Program-made: the position numbers and the translations under genes
Origin: a virus
DNA: 64,000 nucleotides
Reading direction: 5' to 3' (one strand)
IMG/VR virus record: IMGVR_UViG_3300030090_003995
Span: 1 to 64,000 of that record
Notes under the pieces: model-generated
What the model was told of the DNA's origin: nothing
What the model saw: only the letters and a program-made list of their open reading frames with translations
Database searches by the model: none
In this document: in pieces, positions 8,459 through 17,342 of the stretch
How positions within the stretch are numbered: the stretch's first letter is position 1
Layout: the number at the start of each line of letters is the position of its first letter

Positions 8459-8821
8459 ATGCGTTGGGAAACTATATTAAAAAATGTTAGCCCTGCTACT
8501 CTACTTGCAAGGACTACACAATTAAATGATTCAAAGGCCACAGGTAGAAGTGAAGTTATAAGAATTATGAAAGATAATCGTGATAGAATTGGTAATGATT
8601 ATCCCACACTTGACCATCTTAAAGAGGCTCTGAAAAATTATTATCAAGAATTATATTTAACTAAGACTGAAGAGTGGTTTAATCAAGCGACTTGGATGCA
8701 GAACACATTAAATGATGCTGGATATACTTATAATGATGTAAATTGGGAAGAGGCGTTAATTCCAGTGCTTAATGTTTATGATGAAATTATTGATTCTATT
8801 GAATATGGTGATTTGCAATGA
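8459..8821 (+). CDS. WxxILK-tag hypothetical protein
   Basis: MRWETILKN; DVNWEE motif shared with the 13963 gene. Confidence 0.7.
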   Translation: MRWETILKNVSPATLLARTTQLNDSKATGRSEVIRIMKDNRDRIGNDYPTLDHLKEALKNYYQELYLTKTEEWFNQATWMQNTLNDAGYTYNDVNWEEALIPVLNVYDEIIDSIEYGDLQ

Positions 8822-10191
8822 CTTGGGAATATGTGTTAAAAGCGCCTTGGGTGCAAAATATTGATTTTAAAGCGCATGATGCGCCAAGAATTGGTAGATA
8901 CATAAAGTATTTAGAAAATTTACTTGATGAAAACAATAGAAATAGTTTTAAACGTTGGTGGTCTATGGGTTCAATTAAAACTGGGCCTAGACCTGAAGGT
9001 AGTTATTTTGATTCTTCTGACATATACGGGAAATTTTCAATTCGTCGTTATCCTCCCCTTAGTGAAAAACATGGACAAACGCCCACTAGTTACGAAGATG
9101 TAGTTAATGAATATAGAATTACTTGGCCTAAATTTTTAAAACGACAAACACCGGAAAAAAAAGCAACATACCCAAAAGAGTGGACACCAGAACAAGACCC
9201 CCGTTGGCAACAATTTGAATATAGAACTTCCGATTTACCCGCAAGTGGCGTATTACATATGAAAGCGTATTATGACAGAAATAAAGACATAGATTCTAAT
9301 ATGGATATAGTGTATGAAAAAGAATTTGAGGATGACCCAGATAGTGCTTTAGAAAAGGCGGATAATGAATTCAAAGAGTTAATTGATGATTTAGAACAAC
9401 TAACTACTGATTTACGTAAGCGATATATTGCATACAGAACTGATTCTTACAAAACAGCCCAAAAGTTTACTTTGGAAGAGATTCTCGGTGAAATGGTAAG
9501 AGATGGGATAGTACCTCCTTCTGGCGTAAAAAATTCTAGAGGTGATTATTATACTGTATCAGAAAGTCATCACGGTGTAACTATAAATTTATATCCACAT
9601 TGGCTACCAAGAACAACAAGGTTTGAAGGTGGTAAAGTAGGAAATGTGACTCATTTAAGAGTAAGGGCAAACCCTTCACAGGGGCCGGGAGATTTTGCAT
9701 TATGTTACATGGATGGTAAAAAACAAATTGCGGAAACTTGTACATATAAGGCCGCATACGGAGATACTAGTTATGCAGATGCATTCTCTATGATAATTAG
9801 TGCAACGATGGAATTAGACGAACGAGGGTTTATGACAGCCACAGCATTACCCAATTGGGGAAATACTAGAGAATCCCAACGCACTCAAACAGGTAATATC
9901 AAAGAATGGCATTATTTACCAGTTGACTCATCATGGTATCAAAAAGGAATTACTTTAATTAAACGAACTTTGGAGAATTTGAAAAAAATAGGCCGTGAAT
10001 GGCATTCAGAACTTAGAGCAGTAGTATATACTCATGGCGGTCAAATGCCAAAAGAAGGGGAAAGGCTCACTGGTGAATGGGAAAGGGAAGATATTCTTGC
10101 ACAAAGAAAACCTAGAGTTAGACCGTGGTTTCAACATTTGAGTAGTGAGGAAATAAAACGACGTCTTATGGAAGAAGCAAAAAGGTTGTGA
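8818..10191 (+). CDS. WxxILK-tag hypothetical protein (457 aa)
   Basis: MTWEYVLKA; long ORF; GGTGA RBS. Confidence 0.8.
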   Translation: MTWEYVLKAPWVQNIDFKAHDAPRIGRYIKYLENLLDENNRNSFKRWWSMGSIKTGPRPEGSYFDSSDIYGKFSIRRYPPLSEKHGQTPTSYEDVVNEYRITWPKFLKRQTPEKKATYPKEWTPEQDPRWQQFEYRTSDLPASGVLHMKAYYDRNKDIDSNMDIVYEKEFEDDPDSALEKADNEFKELIDDLEQLTTDLRKRYIAYRTDSYKTAQKFTLEEILGEMVRDGIVPPSGVKNSRGDYYTVSESHHGVTINLYPHWLPRTTRFEGGKVGNVTHLRVRANPSQGPGDFALCYMDGKKQIAETCTYKAAYGDTSYADAFSMIISATMELDERGFMTATALPNWGNTRESQRTQTGNIKEWHYLPVDSSWYQKGITLIKRTLENLKKIGREWHSELRAVVYTHGGQMPKEGERLTGEWEREDILAQRKPRVRPWFQHLSSEEIKRRLMEEAKRL

Positions 10192-10197
10192 AATTAA

Positions 10198-10827
10198 ATG
10201 GCTTGGCAAGATATATTAAAAAATCAAAGAAAGGTTAGGCAACCTAGAACATCAACAACAACTGTTGATGTTTCTGGTAGAAAAAGAAATTTGTTACCTA
10301 AGTGGGTTCTAAATAATACTACAAGTGAAATTAGTGCAGGAATTAGAGTACAATATAATACTTTACCAGAAATGTTTAGAATGAATAGTGATAAGGATAA
10401 GATGTTGTTGGCTGCTTGGTATTTAAGAAGTTACATTCCTAGAATACATGGTAGGTTTCAACGCAATCTTAGAGAAAAGAACCCATTTGCGAAAAAAGGC
10501 CCATCTATTGCACCAATGCAGGTAGTTCCTATTAAGAGCATGACAGGAAAATTATTAAGTTACGTATTAATAAAATATGAGAAAAAGTTTCCGAGAATTA
10601 ATTTTTTAAGAATTAAGGGTAAGGCTGCTGATTTCCCGAATCTTGAAGTTATGGATTTAGGAAATGGTAGCCCAGAACTTAATTGGGAAAATAATAATGA
10701 AGCAAAGGATTACTTTAGACAAGTCTTTGGTCCAGCAGAAGTAGGAGAAACTCCGCAACAACCAGAAACAAGAACTATTGGTGATACTGTTGATGAAGAA
10801 ACTAGAAGAACTATGGGAGGTAATTAA
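10198..10827 (+). CDS. WxxILK-tag hypothetical protein
   Basis: MAWQDILKN. Confidence 0.75.
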   Translation: MAWQDILKNQRKVRQPRTSTTTVDVSGRKRNLLPKWVLNNTTSEISAGIRVQYNTLPEMFRMNSDKDKMLLAAWYLRSYIPRIHGRFQRNLREKNPFAKKGPSIAPMQVVPIKSMTGKLLSYVLIKYEKKFPRINFLRIKGKAADFPNLEVMDLGNGSPELNWENNNEAKDYFRQVFGPAEVGETPQQPETRTIGDTVDEETRRTMGGN

Positions 10828-10828
10828 A

Positions 10829-11335
10829 ATGAAAATGGCTCCAACTGATGATAATCCTATTGATTACTTGAAGAAGTTAGAAGGTATTCATGCCTTTATT
10901 ACAGAAGTTTTAGATGTAGGTCAATTAGTTGGAAAAACTCCACAACTTATTAGAATGAAAGCACAATTACAAAGTATAAATCGTTCTGCAGAAAAGGCTA
11001 TTAATGCGATTGCAGATAATGATTATATTGCCCCTCCTAATATTAGTGAAAATTTTAATCGTTTTATGAATCATATTTTAGAAATATTCCATGAATATGG
11101 TTTAATAAATAGTTGGAATAATAGTGAATATTCTGGTATGGATAAATTACAAGAGGAATTAAAAAGTGAGAGTTGGTGGAATACCCTTAAGACGGGTGGC
11201 ACTATCACAAGTGGGAAGGCGGGAATCACAAACATGGCTTATGGAAAAGGGGCGCAAAAACCAAAGAAGCCCAAAAAGATAAAAGAAGAAGAGTTTCCTA
11301 TTGTTCCTAAAGATTTAGATTTTTGGAGAGATTAA
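10829..11335 (+). CDS. Hypothetical protein with internal WWNTLK motif
   Basis: Start MKMAP after GGAGG; ELKSESWWNTLKTGG. Confidence 0.7.
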   Translation: MKMAPTDDNPIDYLKKLEGIHAFITEVLDVGQLVGKTPQLIRMKAQLQSINRSAEKAINAIADNDYIAPPNISENFNRFMNHILEIFHEYGLINSWNNSEYSGMDKLQEELKSESWWNTLKTGGTITSGKAGITNMAYGKGAQKPKKPKKIKEEEFPIVPKDLDFWRD

Positions 11336-11336
11336 A

Positions 11337-11723
11337 ATGAGTTGGGAAATCATACTAAAAGAAATGGTTTGCCCTAGAGCAACGCAAGATTTACAATTAA
11401 ACACTAAGAATAGAAATGCAGCAATTAAAGCAGAACATATTAAATATGGCCCACTCAATTTGTCAGACGAACAATATTGGGTAGACGCAGCAAAACATTG
11501 GAAAACAACTACTGAGGTCGCTAAAGATTCAAAATGTTCTAACTGTATTGCGTTTGATATTTCTCCTAGAATGGAAGAATGTATGCCACTCGAAGGAGAT
11601 TTAGGATATTGTTGGATGCACCACTTTAAGTGCCATAAAGATAGAACTTGTTATACTTGGGCCGCTGGTGGACCAATTGATGACGATAAGACTTCAAAAC
11701 AGAATCAAGAAAAGGGTGAGTAA
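11337..11723 (+). CDS. WxxILK-tag cysteine-rich protein (HiPIP-like metal-binding pattern)
   Basis: MSWEIILKE; CSNC...GYCW..FKC...RTCYTW. Confidence 0.65.
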   Translation: MSWEIILKEMVCPRATQDLQLNTKNRNAAIKAEHIKYGPLNLSDEQYWVDAAKHWKTTTEVAKDSKCSNCIAFDISPRMEECMPLEGDLGYCWMHHFKCHKDRTCYTWAAGGPIDDDKTSKQNQEKGE

Positions 11724-13100
11724 ATGTCTTGGCAATCTATTCTTAAATCATATGACCTTGATGATTTTATTATTGTTAAGGAAAAGAAAAAGAAAGTGAC
11801 AGAGAAAAAGAAAAAAACTAAAGATACAATAAAATTACCCAATGGTGATGAAGCCGAGGTTGATTATGTTTCTGAGTTTGAAAATGTTGTGGATGCTTTA
11901 GAAGATTGGAAACAGAAAGTAGAAGACGTTTCAATTGATGATTTACGTATGACTGGTCGCGGGGCAAAACAAAATTTATCTGTTCAAAATTTATTTGAAG
12001 TTATTGATGAACACGTAACACAAAAAGCCAAAAGAGATGGTGTGGGTGATTATGGTCCCGGAGTTAAAGATATAATTGAAGAAATTAAAAAAGCAGTTGA
12101 GTCTAAAAATTTATTAGATGAAAAAAATTTACAAAATTTATCAGATTATACTGCAAACCTTAAAAAGGTAGGTAGACCTAAATCAAAAGTAAACCCTCAA
12201 AATATTGTTTTTACTGTTCCTGATACTGTTGGTAAAGATGGCGCAACAAGTTGGAAAAAAGTGTATGGCCATTATAGAACGCCTGAATATATTAAACATA
12301 GAAAGGCTAAAGGTAAAAAAGAAACTATTACAACTCCAGCAAAGGACTCTTGGTATAATAAAGAAATGGGAGTAGCAAAACCCCCTATGTGGCAAGTTTT
12401 ATTTGGAAAAAATGCTGGAGAAACAGAAGATATTCCGGGTATAAATAAGGGGTTATTGCCGTTATTAGAAGAGTTTGAAGATATTATTGGTGTCCCCGGA
12501 CCAATTGCAGTACTAAAAGATTATGAAATTAAAGGTGCTTTTGAGCGTAAGGCTATTGAGAAATCACCTTCTTTTATGAAAGCCTTAACTGAAGTATTAA
12601 GTGACCAAAGTTCATATAGAGATGCTACTGGTAGTAAACCTTTTGATAGATTATGGATTAATTATGCCGCAGTTAAAAGAGCATTACAAATAAAACCGAT
12701 TGACGTTATTGATGAGAAAGATTCAGATTTCATTTTAGAATTACAAGGGTTAAAAGAATTGAAAGATAATTATGAAATCGACTCATTTAGAATTACTAAT
12801 ATTTCACTTAGATTAATAAGAACTATTTTGAAAAATATTGAAGATAACCCAGTAATCGCTACTGATAATTTCTTAGACACTCATCCACACGGAACAAACC
12901 TTAAAGGTATTTTTCTTGAAAAACCTATTAATAGGTTGAATGATAGAAAGGAATTGTGGGATGATGAAATTAAAAGGTTAAAGGGAGAAAATAAAGAAAT
13001 TCCCCCTTGGGCAAGACCACCAGATATGCCGCCTGAAAGTGGAAGTGATGAAAAGAAAATGCTTAAGTCTCATTGGACAGATTATTTAAGGAGGTATTAA
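11724..13100 (+). CDS. WxxILK-tag hypothetical protein (458 aa)
   Basis: MSWQSILKS; C-terminus KMLKSHWTDYLRRY. Confidence 0.8.
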   Translation: MSWQSILKSYDLDDFIIVKEKKKKVTEKKKKTKDTIKLPNGDEAEVDYVSEFENVVDALEDWKQKVEDVSIDDLRMTGRGAKQNLSVQNLFEVIDEHVTQKAKRDGVGDYGPGVKDIIEEIKKAVESKNLLDEKNLQNLSDYTANLKKVGRPKSKVNPQNIVFTVPDTVGKDGATSWKKVYGHYRTPEYIKHRKAKGKKETITTPAKDSWYNKEMGVAKPPMWQVLFGKNAGETEDIPGINKGLLPLLEEFEDIIGVPGPIAVLKDYEIKGAFERKAIEKSPSFMKALTEVLSDQSSYRDATGSKPFDRLWINYAAVKRALQIKPIDVIDEKDSDFILELQGLKELKDNYEIDSFRITNISLRLIRTILKNIEDNPVIATDNFLDTHPHGTNLKGIFLEKPINRLNDRKELWDDEIKRLKGENKEIPPWARPPDMPPESGSDEKKMLKSHWTDYLRRY

Positions 13101-13101
13101 T

Positions 13102-13764
13102 ATGAGTAAAAAAACACGTAAGCATTGTCGAATGTGTCAATGTGAAGATAGAGAAGAAAAAGAGCGCGCTATTAGTGCTTTATCAATAACGCCCGATGAA
13201 TTAGATGAACAAATGGATTGGCCTTCAGGCACAACAAGTCGGCATATGAGAAATCATGTTGGAGAATATGAAGAAAAATCTAATCCAAGATGTAAATTAT
13301 GTACAGACCCCGGAAGAGAAATGTATGAAAAGGGTTTAGCAGAAGGAAACTTAAAACCTAGTGCATTAGCAGCAGCGTTAGGAACTACAACAGAACAAAT
13401 TAGATTACATATGCAATCTCATTTACAACCATTGGTTCAAAAATCAGCAGCAGCAATTTTGGCTAAGAAAGAAATTGATGAGATTGATTTATTATCAAGA
13501 AATATTCAAAAGGTAGATATGAAATTAGATGAGTTATTCCAAAAGGAAGACTTAGATTTTAAGGAATTAGAAACCTTAACCAAGTTAGCCCGCGAAGTGC
13601 GTGAGAGTTTAAAATATCTTATGGAATTCAAAGGGAAACTTGTTCACAAAAGACAAGATACAATTGTTATTGCGCAGATGCAAATTGTTAAAGAAGTTTT
13701 GGCTCAACAACATCCGACTGTTTGGTTAGATGTTAAGAAAGAAATGGAGAGGAAATTACAATGA
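13102..13764 (+). CDS. Tandem zinc-finger/HTH protein with coiled coil; candidate terminase small subunit
   Basis: Two CxxC...HxxxH repeats (CRMC..HMRNH; CKLC..HMQSH); helical C-terminus; upstream of TerL. Confidence 0.45.
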   Translation: MSKKTRKHCRMCQCEDREEKERAISALSITPDELDEQMDWPSGTTSRHMRNHVGEYEEKSNPRCKLCTDPGREMYEKGLAEGNLKPSALAAALGTTTEQIRLHMQSHLQPLVQKSAAAILAKKEIDEIDLLSRNIQKVDMKLDELFQKEDLDFKELETLTKLAREVRESLKYLMEFKGKLVHKRQDTIVIAQMQIVKEVLAQQHPTVWLDVKKEMERKLQ

Positions 13765-13962
13765 GTTGGTTATTTAAATACGCACAGTATTTACCACGTT
13801 ATACAATATGGGGAAAAGGATTGTAATGTTCAATTGGGATTATTGGAACGCGCAACTTGAAGGATATAAAAATATAAATAAAAAGAAAATTTGGCGCGAC
13901 CATAAGAACGAACATAAAGATATAATAGATAAAATTTATGAGTGGTATTGGGGTGATGAACA

Positions 13963-14280
13963 ATGAGTTGGAAAAATACACTTCAAAAGGGAACAGCAAC
14001 CGCTACTCGTAGTGCAGAACTATGGTCTTTAAACGATAATGACTTTTATGACCATATAAATAATTGGATTAAAGAACGTGTTTTTGAACATAAGGACCAT
14101 ATTGAAATTTTTCAAGAGTTAGTTCAATATTTACCAGAGGCTATGGCACATTTAGATGGTTTTATGGAAGAGTTAGTAGAAGGAAACCCATCAGACAGTA
14201 TTTCAGATGTTGATTGGGAAGAAGTAGCAGAAGGTTATAGACCGGAAATTGAGCAAATGTTAGAAGATTTTGGAGGGTGA
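13963..14280 (+). CDS. WxxILK-tag acidic protein
   Basis: MSWKNTLQK; ELWSLND..DVDWEEVAE. Confidence 0.7.
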   Translation: MSWKNTLQKGTATATRSAELWSLNDNDFYDHINNWIKERVFEHKDHIEIFQELVQYLPEAMAHLDGFMEELVEGNPSDSISDVDWEEVAEGYRPEIEQMLEDFGG

Positions 14281-14285
14281 CTAAT

Positions 14286-15323
14286 ATGAGTTGGAAAGAT
14301 ATTGTAAAGGCAAAAACTGGTTCTAAACGTGGTGGGTCTAAACCCGATAGAAAAAAGGTACTAACTAAACCTAAAGGTTCTGGAACTCTACATGAAGATA
14401 TTAAGGCATTTAAGGAAGGTAAACTTGAAGGTACTGGCCCGTTTGATGAGAAATTATCACCTGAAGAAATTGAAGAAATGAAAGAATTCTATGCACTTTA
14501 TCCCGAATTAGACGAATATGGATTCACAAATGTTCTTGAAAATCCACAATGGGTTAAAGATTTAAAAAAGCCTGATAAACCATATACTGTGGCACATCAT
14601 CTTAATCCAGAACATGATTTCCTTATTAGGGACTTACAGCAAAAAATGGTCAATCACCTTGAAACGCTTTTTTTAGAATTTAATTTGTTTTTAGGAAGTA
14701 GTGGTTTTGAGACCTCAAGACGTGACCCTGAAAATGACCCACACTTTCCGAAAATACCAATAAAACGCGAAGGTAGATTTCAACAGCTTAAATCTTTTAG
14801 TAATTTATTTCCATTATATTCTAAATTAATTAAGCAGTTAACTTGGGATGATAATTGGGAGAAAGAAGCAAATTCAGAAGGGTTTGATGTTTCAAAAAAT
14901 ATTTTGTGGGGCGTTAAAACTATACATTATGATGTAAAAGAAAGAACGGGTGCTAATGTTCGTCATCGGACTAGAGAAAGGTCAAGTGCGTTTGAATATG
15001 AAAGTGAACCAGCAGGGCAACCAAGTATGGTTCATGTATTAGTATTTATGCGAGGCACAATAGATTTTGAAAATTTAAATTATAAATTCTATACTTTAAA
15101 GTATACTACTGGTATGGAAAGAGATATAATACCATCAGGTAAAGTTGCACAAGGCCGTAGGGAATCGGATTACCGAGAAATTAGTGATGAAAATTATAGG
15201 GCATATTATAGGCATATGTTAAATGCTGCCGAAACTGATGTGTTAACAATAAGTGGTGAGGAACCTGATTCTACTATTATTAATAAATTACGGAGTTTCT
15301 TTGGTTATTATTTGAGGTTGTGA
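14286..15323 (+). CDS. WxxILK-tag hypothetical protein
   Basis: MSWKDIVKA. Confidence 0.75.
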   Translation: MSWKDIVKAKTGSKRGGSKPDRKKVLTKPKGSGTLHEDIKAFKEGKLEGTGPFDEKLSPEEIEEMKEFYALYPELDEYGFTNVLENPQWVKDLKKPDKPYTVAHHLNPEHDFLIRDLQQKMVNHLETLFLEFNLFLGSSGFETSRRDPENDPHFPKIPIKREGRFQQLKSFSNLFPLYSKLIKQLTWDDNWEKEANSEGFDVSKNILWGVKTIHYDVKERTGANVRHRTRERSSAFEYESEPAGQPSMVHVLVFMRGTIDFENLNYKFYTLKYTTGMERDIIPSGKVAQGRRESDYREISDENYRAYYRHMLNAAETDVLTISGEEPDSTIINKLRSFFGYYLRL

Positions 15324-15327
15324 TATT

Positions 15328-17340
15328 ATTAGTTGGGGTCTCATTCTTAAAAGTGTTAGTTTTCCCGGAAAAGGAAAAACGCCGGCTTGGTTAACATTAT
15401 TGGGATATGAAGGTGGTGTTCTTGAAGTATGGATGGATAAGGCAAAAAAGGTTTTAGAGAAAGATGATAGCCCACCTAATTTTTCAACATTTATTAGATT
15501 ACTTAGAGATACTGAGCCTGAATATGCTGCTCAACAGTTACTTCAGTTACAAGACTTTTCAATAGCCGAAAGAAATAGACTCGACGATTTGGCTGAAGAA
15601 AATTTGGCAAAACTTCAGGAAGGGTTTAAAGAATATACTGAACAAAAAGAGGTTAAAGGTATTGCTGAGACTTCACAAAATAGAAGACAAGCAACAATTG
15701 AATTATTTCAACAGGCATCTAAATATATTGAAGCAGAAAGGGAAGTGGATTGGGAAGAAATAGATAAGGAAATTAGCCAAATTACTGATAAAAGAACTTT
15801 AGTTTCTATACTTGAGGCTTTAGGTGATGATGTTAATTTTAATATTGCTACTAACATTCCAGATAAAGGGTTTGAGAATTTAAAGGCGTTTTATAACAAG
15901 TATAGTTTTGGTGAAGGTTATCAAAAAAATTATAACGTTAATAATATCACTAATGAATTAGCATTAGTATATCTTACTGAAATTCAAGAACCAATTGTTC
16001 TTTCTGGAAAACGGCAGTTTGGAGATTTTGCTCAAAGAGGGTTCCTTGCAAATCCTGATAAACCTAATGTTGCTCGAAATCGGCCACCTGCTAAACCATT
16101 TAAAGTGAAGGGTCTACCTAAAATCCAAACAACAAAAGGTCGAAAGAAAAGATTTACTGATTTATTTTTATCGCTTTTTAAGGGTGATTTATCAGAACAA
16201 GAAAATATCACTAATCAATTAGCACAGAATTTAAAAAGTAGAGCGGTCAATAGACAGGCAGTATTAGATGTTGTTTCAGATATTGCGTTTAAAATTAACC
16301 AAGAAATGGTAACTATTGATGAGGCTAATAGAATGTCCGGTTTAAATTTTAATGTTATAGCAGACTTAATTCCTAGTACTAGGGTTGGAGATAAGGAAGA
16401 GTTTATTAAGGATTTTAAAAATACATTATTTTCTAATGGTGCTAAAGGGCAAAGAGATATGACTAGACAGTTTGAAAATAAAATGACACAGTATAGGGCT
16501 GGTGTTCCTAAACTATTTAAAGATTTTATTACTGATTTAATTAGTAAACCCAATGTTTATGAAGATGTTTTTAATTCAATTTATACTAATTCTTATTTAA
16601 AATTTAGACAAGATAGCGATTTAGGTGGGTTTATACAAATGGGAACTATGCCCGGAAAAAGTGGTAAAAGAGTTGCCAGTTGGAAAATACAACCTAATGT
16701 TCCAAACTCAAGAAAGTTAACAAAATTATATGAGTGGCTTGTCAATAGAAATCAATCAATATTAAACGATGCTAATGATAAAGAAAAATCTGGGTTAAGA
16801 GCATTAAGAAAACTTTATCGTAATTTTAGAAGAGATAATGTTGAGGACACTGAAGAAGAATTATTTGGTAATTTATTGAATATAAGTGTTAAAGATGAGT
16901 CTGACTTTTTACGTACTTTTACTGACCCCTTTGAAAAATCCATCGCTAGTTTATTTATAGAAGTTAAAGATGGCACAGTTAATTTAGAAGATTTAACCTC
17001 TACATATAATGTTAGTTTAGATAAGACTATTAATACTGTAGATTTGATTCAAGAACTTCATGAAACTGAACGGGTTGTGGGTGGTTCTAATATAACAAAT
17101 TTATTGACAAAAAAATATCCAGAGCAAATTACTCCTGAAATTACTGATGAACAATTAGCAGGTGTGGTTAGAAGTTTTATTTTAGATTTGAATAAAGTAG
17201 TCAAGAAAATCGTGGTCACAGTTAGGAAATTAATTGAAGAAAAACTTCAATTAATGGCTAATAATCAAGGTAAATATTTACCATTAAATAATGCTATATT
17301 TATTATTTTAGAAGGTAAGGGTTTAATTACGGAAGTGTAA
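15328..17340 (+). CDS. Large hypothetical protein with probable ATT start and WxxILK tag
   Basis: ORF-track start 15400; in-frame upstream ATT-AGT-TGG-GGT-CTC-ATT-CTT-AAA (xSWGLILK) at 15328 after GAGGTTGTGA. Confidence 0.7.
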   Translation: MSWGLILKSVSFPGKGKTPAWLTLLGYEGGVLEVWMDKAKKVLEKDDSPPNFSTFIRLLRDTEPEYAAQQLLQLQDFSIAERNRLDDLAEENLAKLQEGFKEYTEQKEVKGIAETSQNRRQATIELFQQASKYIEAEREVDWEEIDKEISQITDKRTLVSILEALGDDVNFNIATNIPDKGFENLKAFYNKYSFGEGYQKNYNVNNITNELALVYLTEIQEPIVLSGKRQFGDFAQRGFLANPDKPNVARNRPPAKPFKVKGLPKIQTTKGRKKRFTDLFLSLFKGDLSEQENITNQLAQNLKSRAVNRQAVLDVVSDIAFKINQEMVTIDEANRMSGLNFNVIADLIPSTRVGDKEEFIKDFKNTLFSNGAKGQRDMTRQFENKMTQYRAGVPKLFKDFITDLISKPNVYEDVFNSIYTNSYLKFRQDSDLGGFIQMGTMPGKSGKRVASWKIQPNVPNSRKLTKLYEWLVNRNQSILNDANDKEKSGLRALRKLYRNFRRDNVEDTEEELFGNLLNISVKDESDFLRTFTDPFEKSIASLFIEVKDGTVNLEDLTSTYNVSLDKTINTVDLIQELHETERVVGGSNITNLLTKKYPEQITPEITDEQLAGVVRSFILDLNKVVKKIVVTVRKLIEEKLQLMANNQGKYLPLNNAIFIILEGKGLITEV

Positions 17341-17342
17341 AG

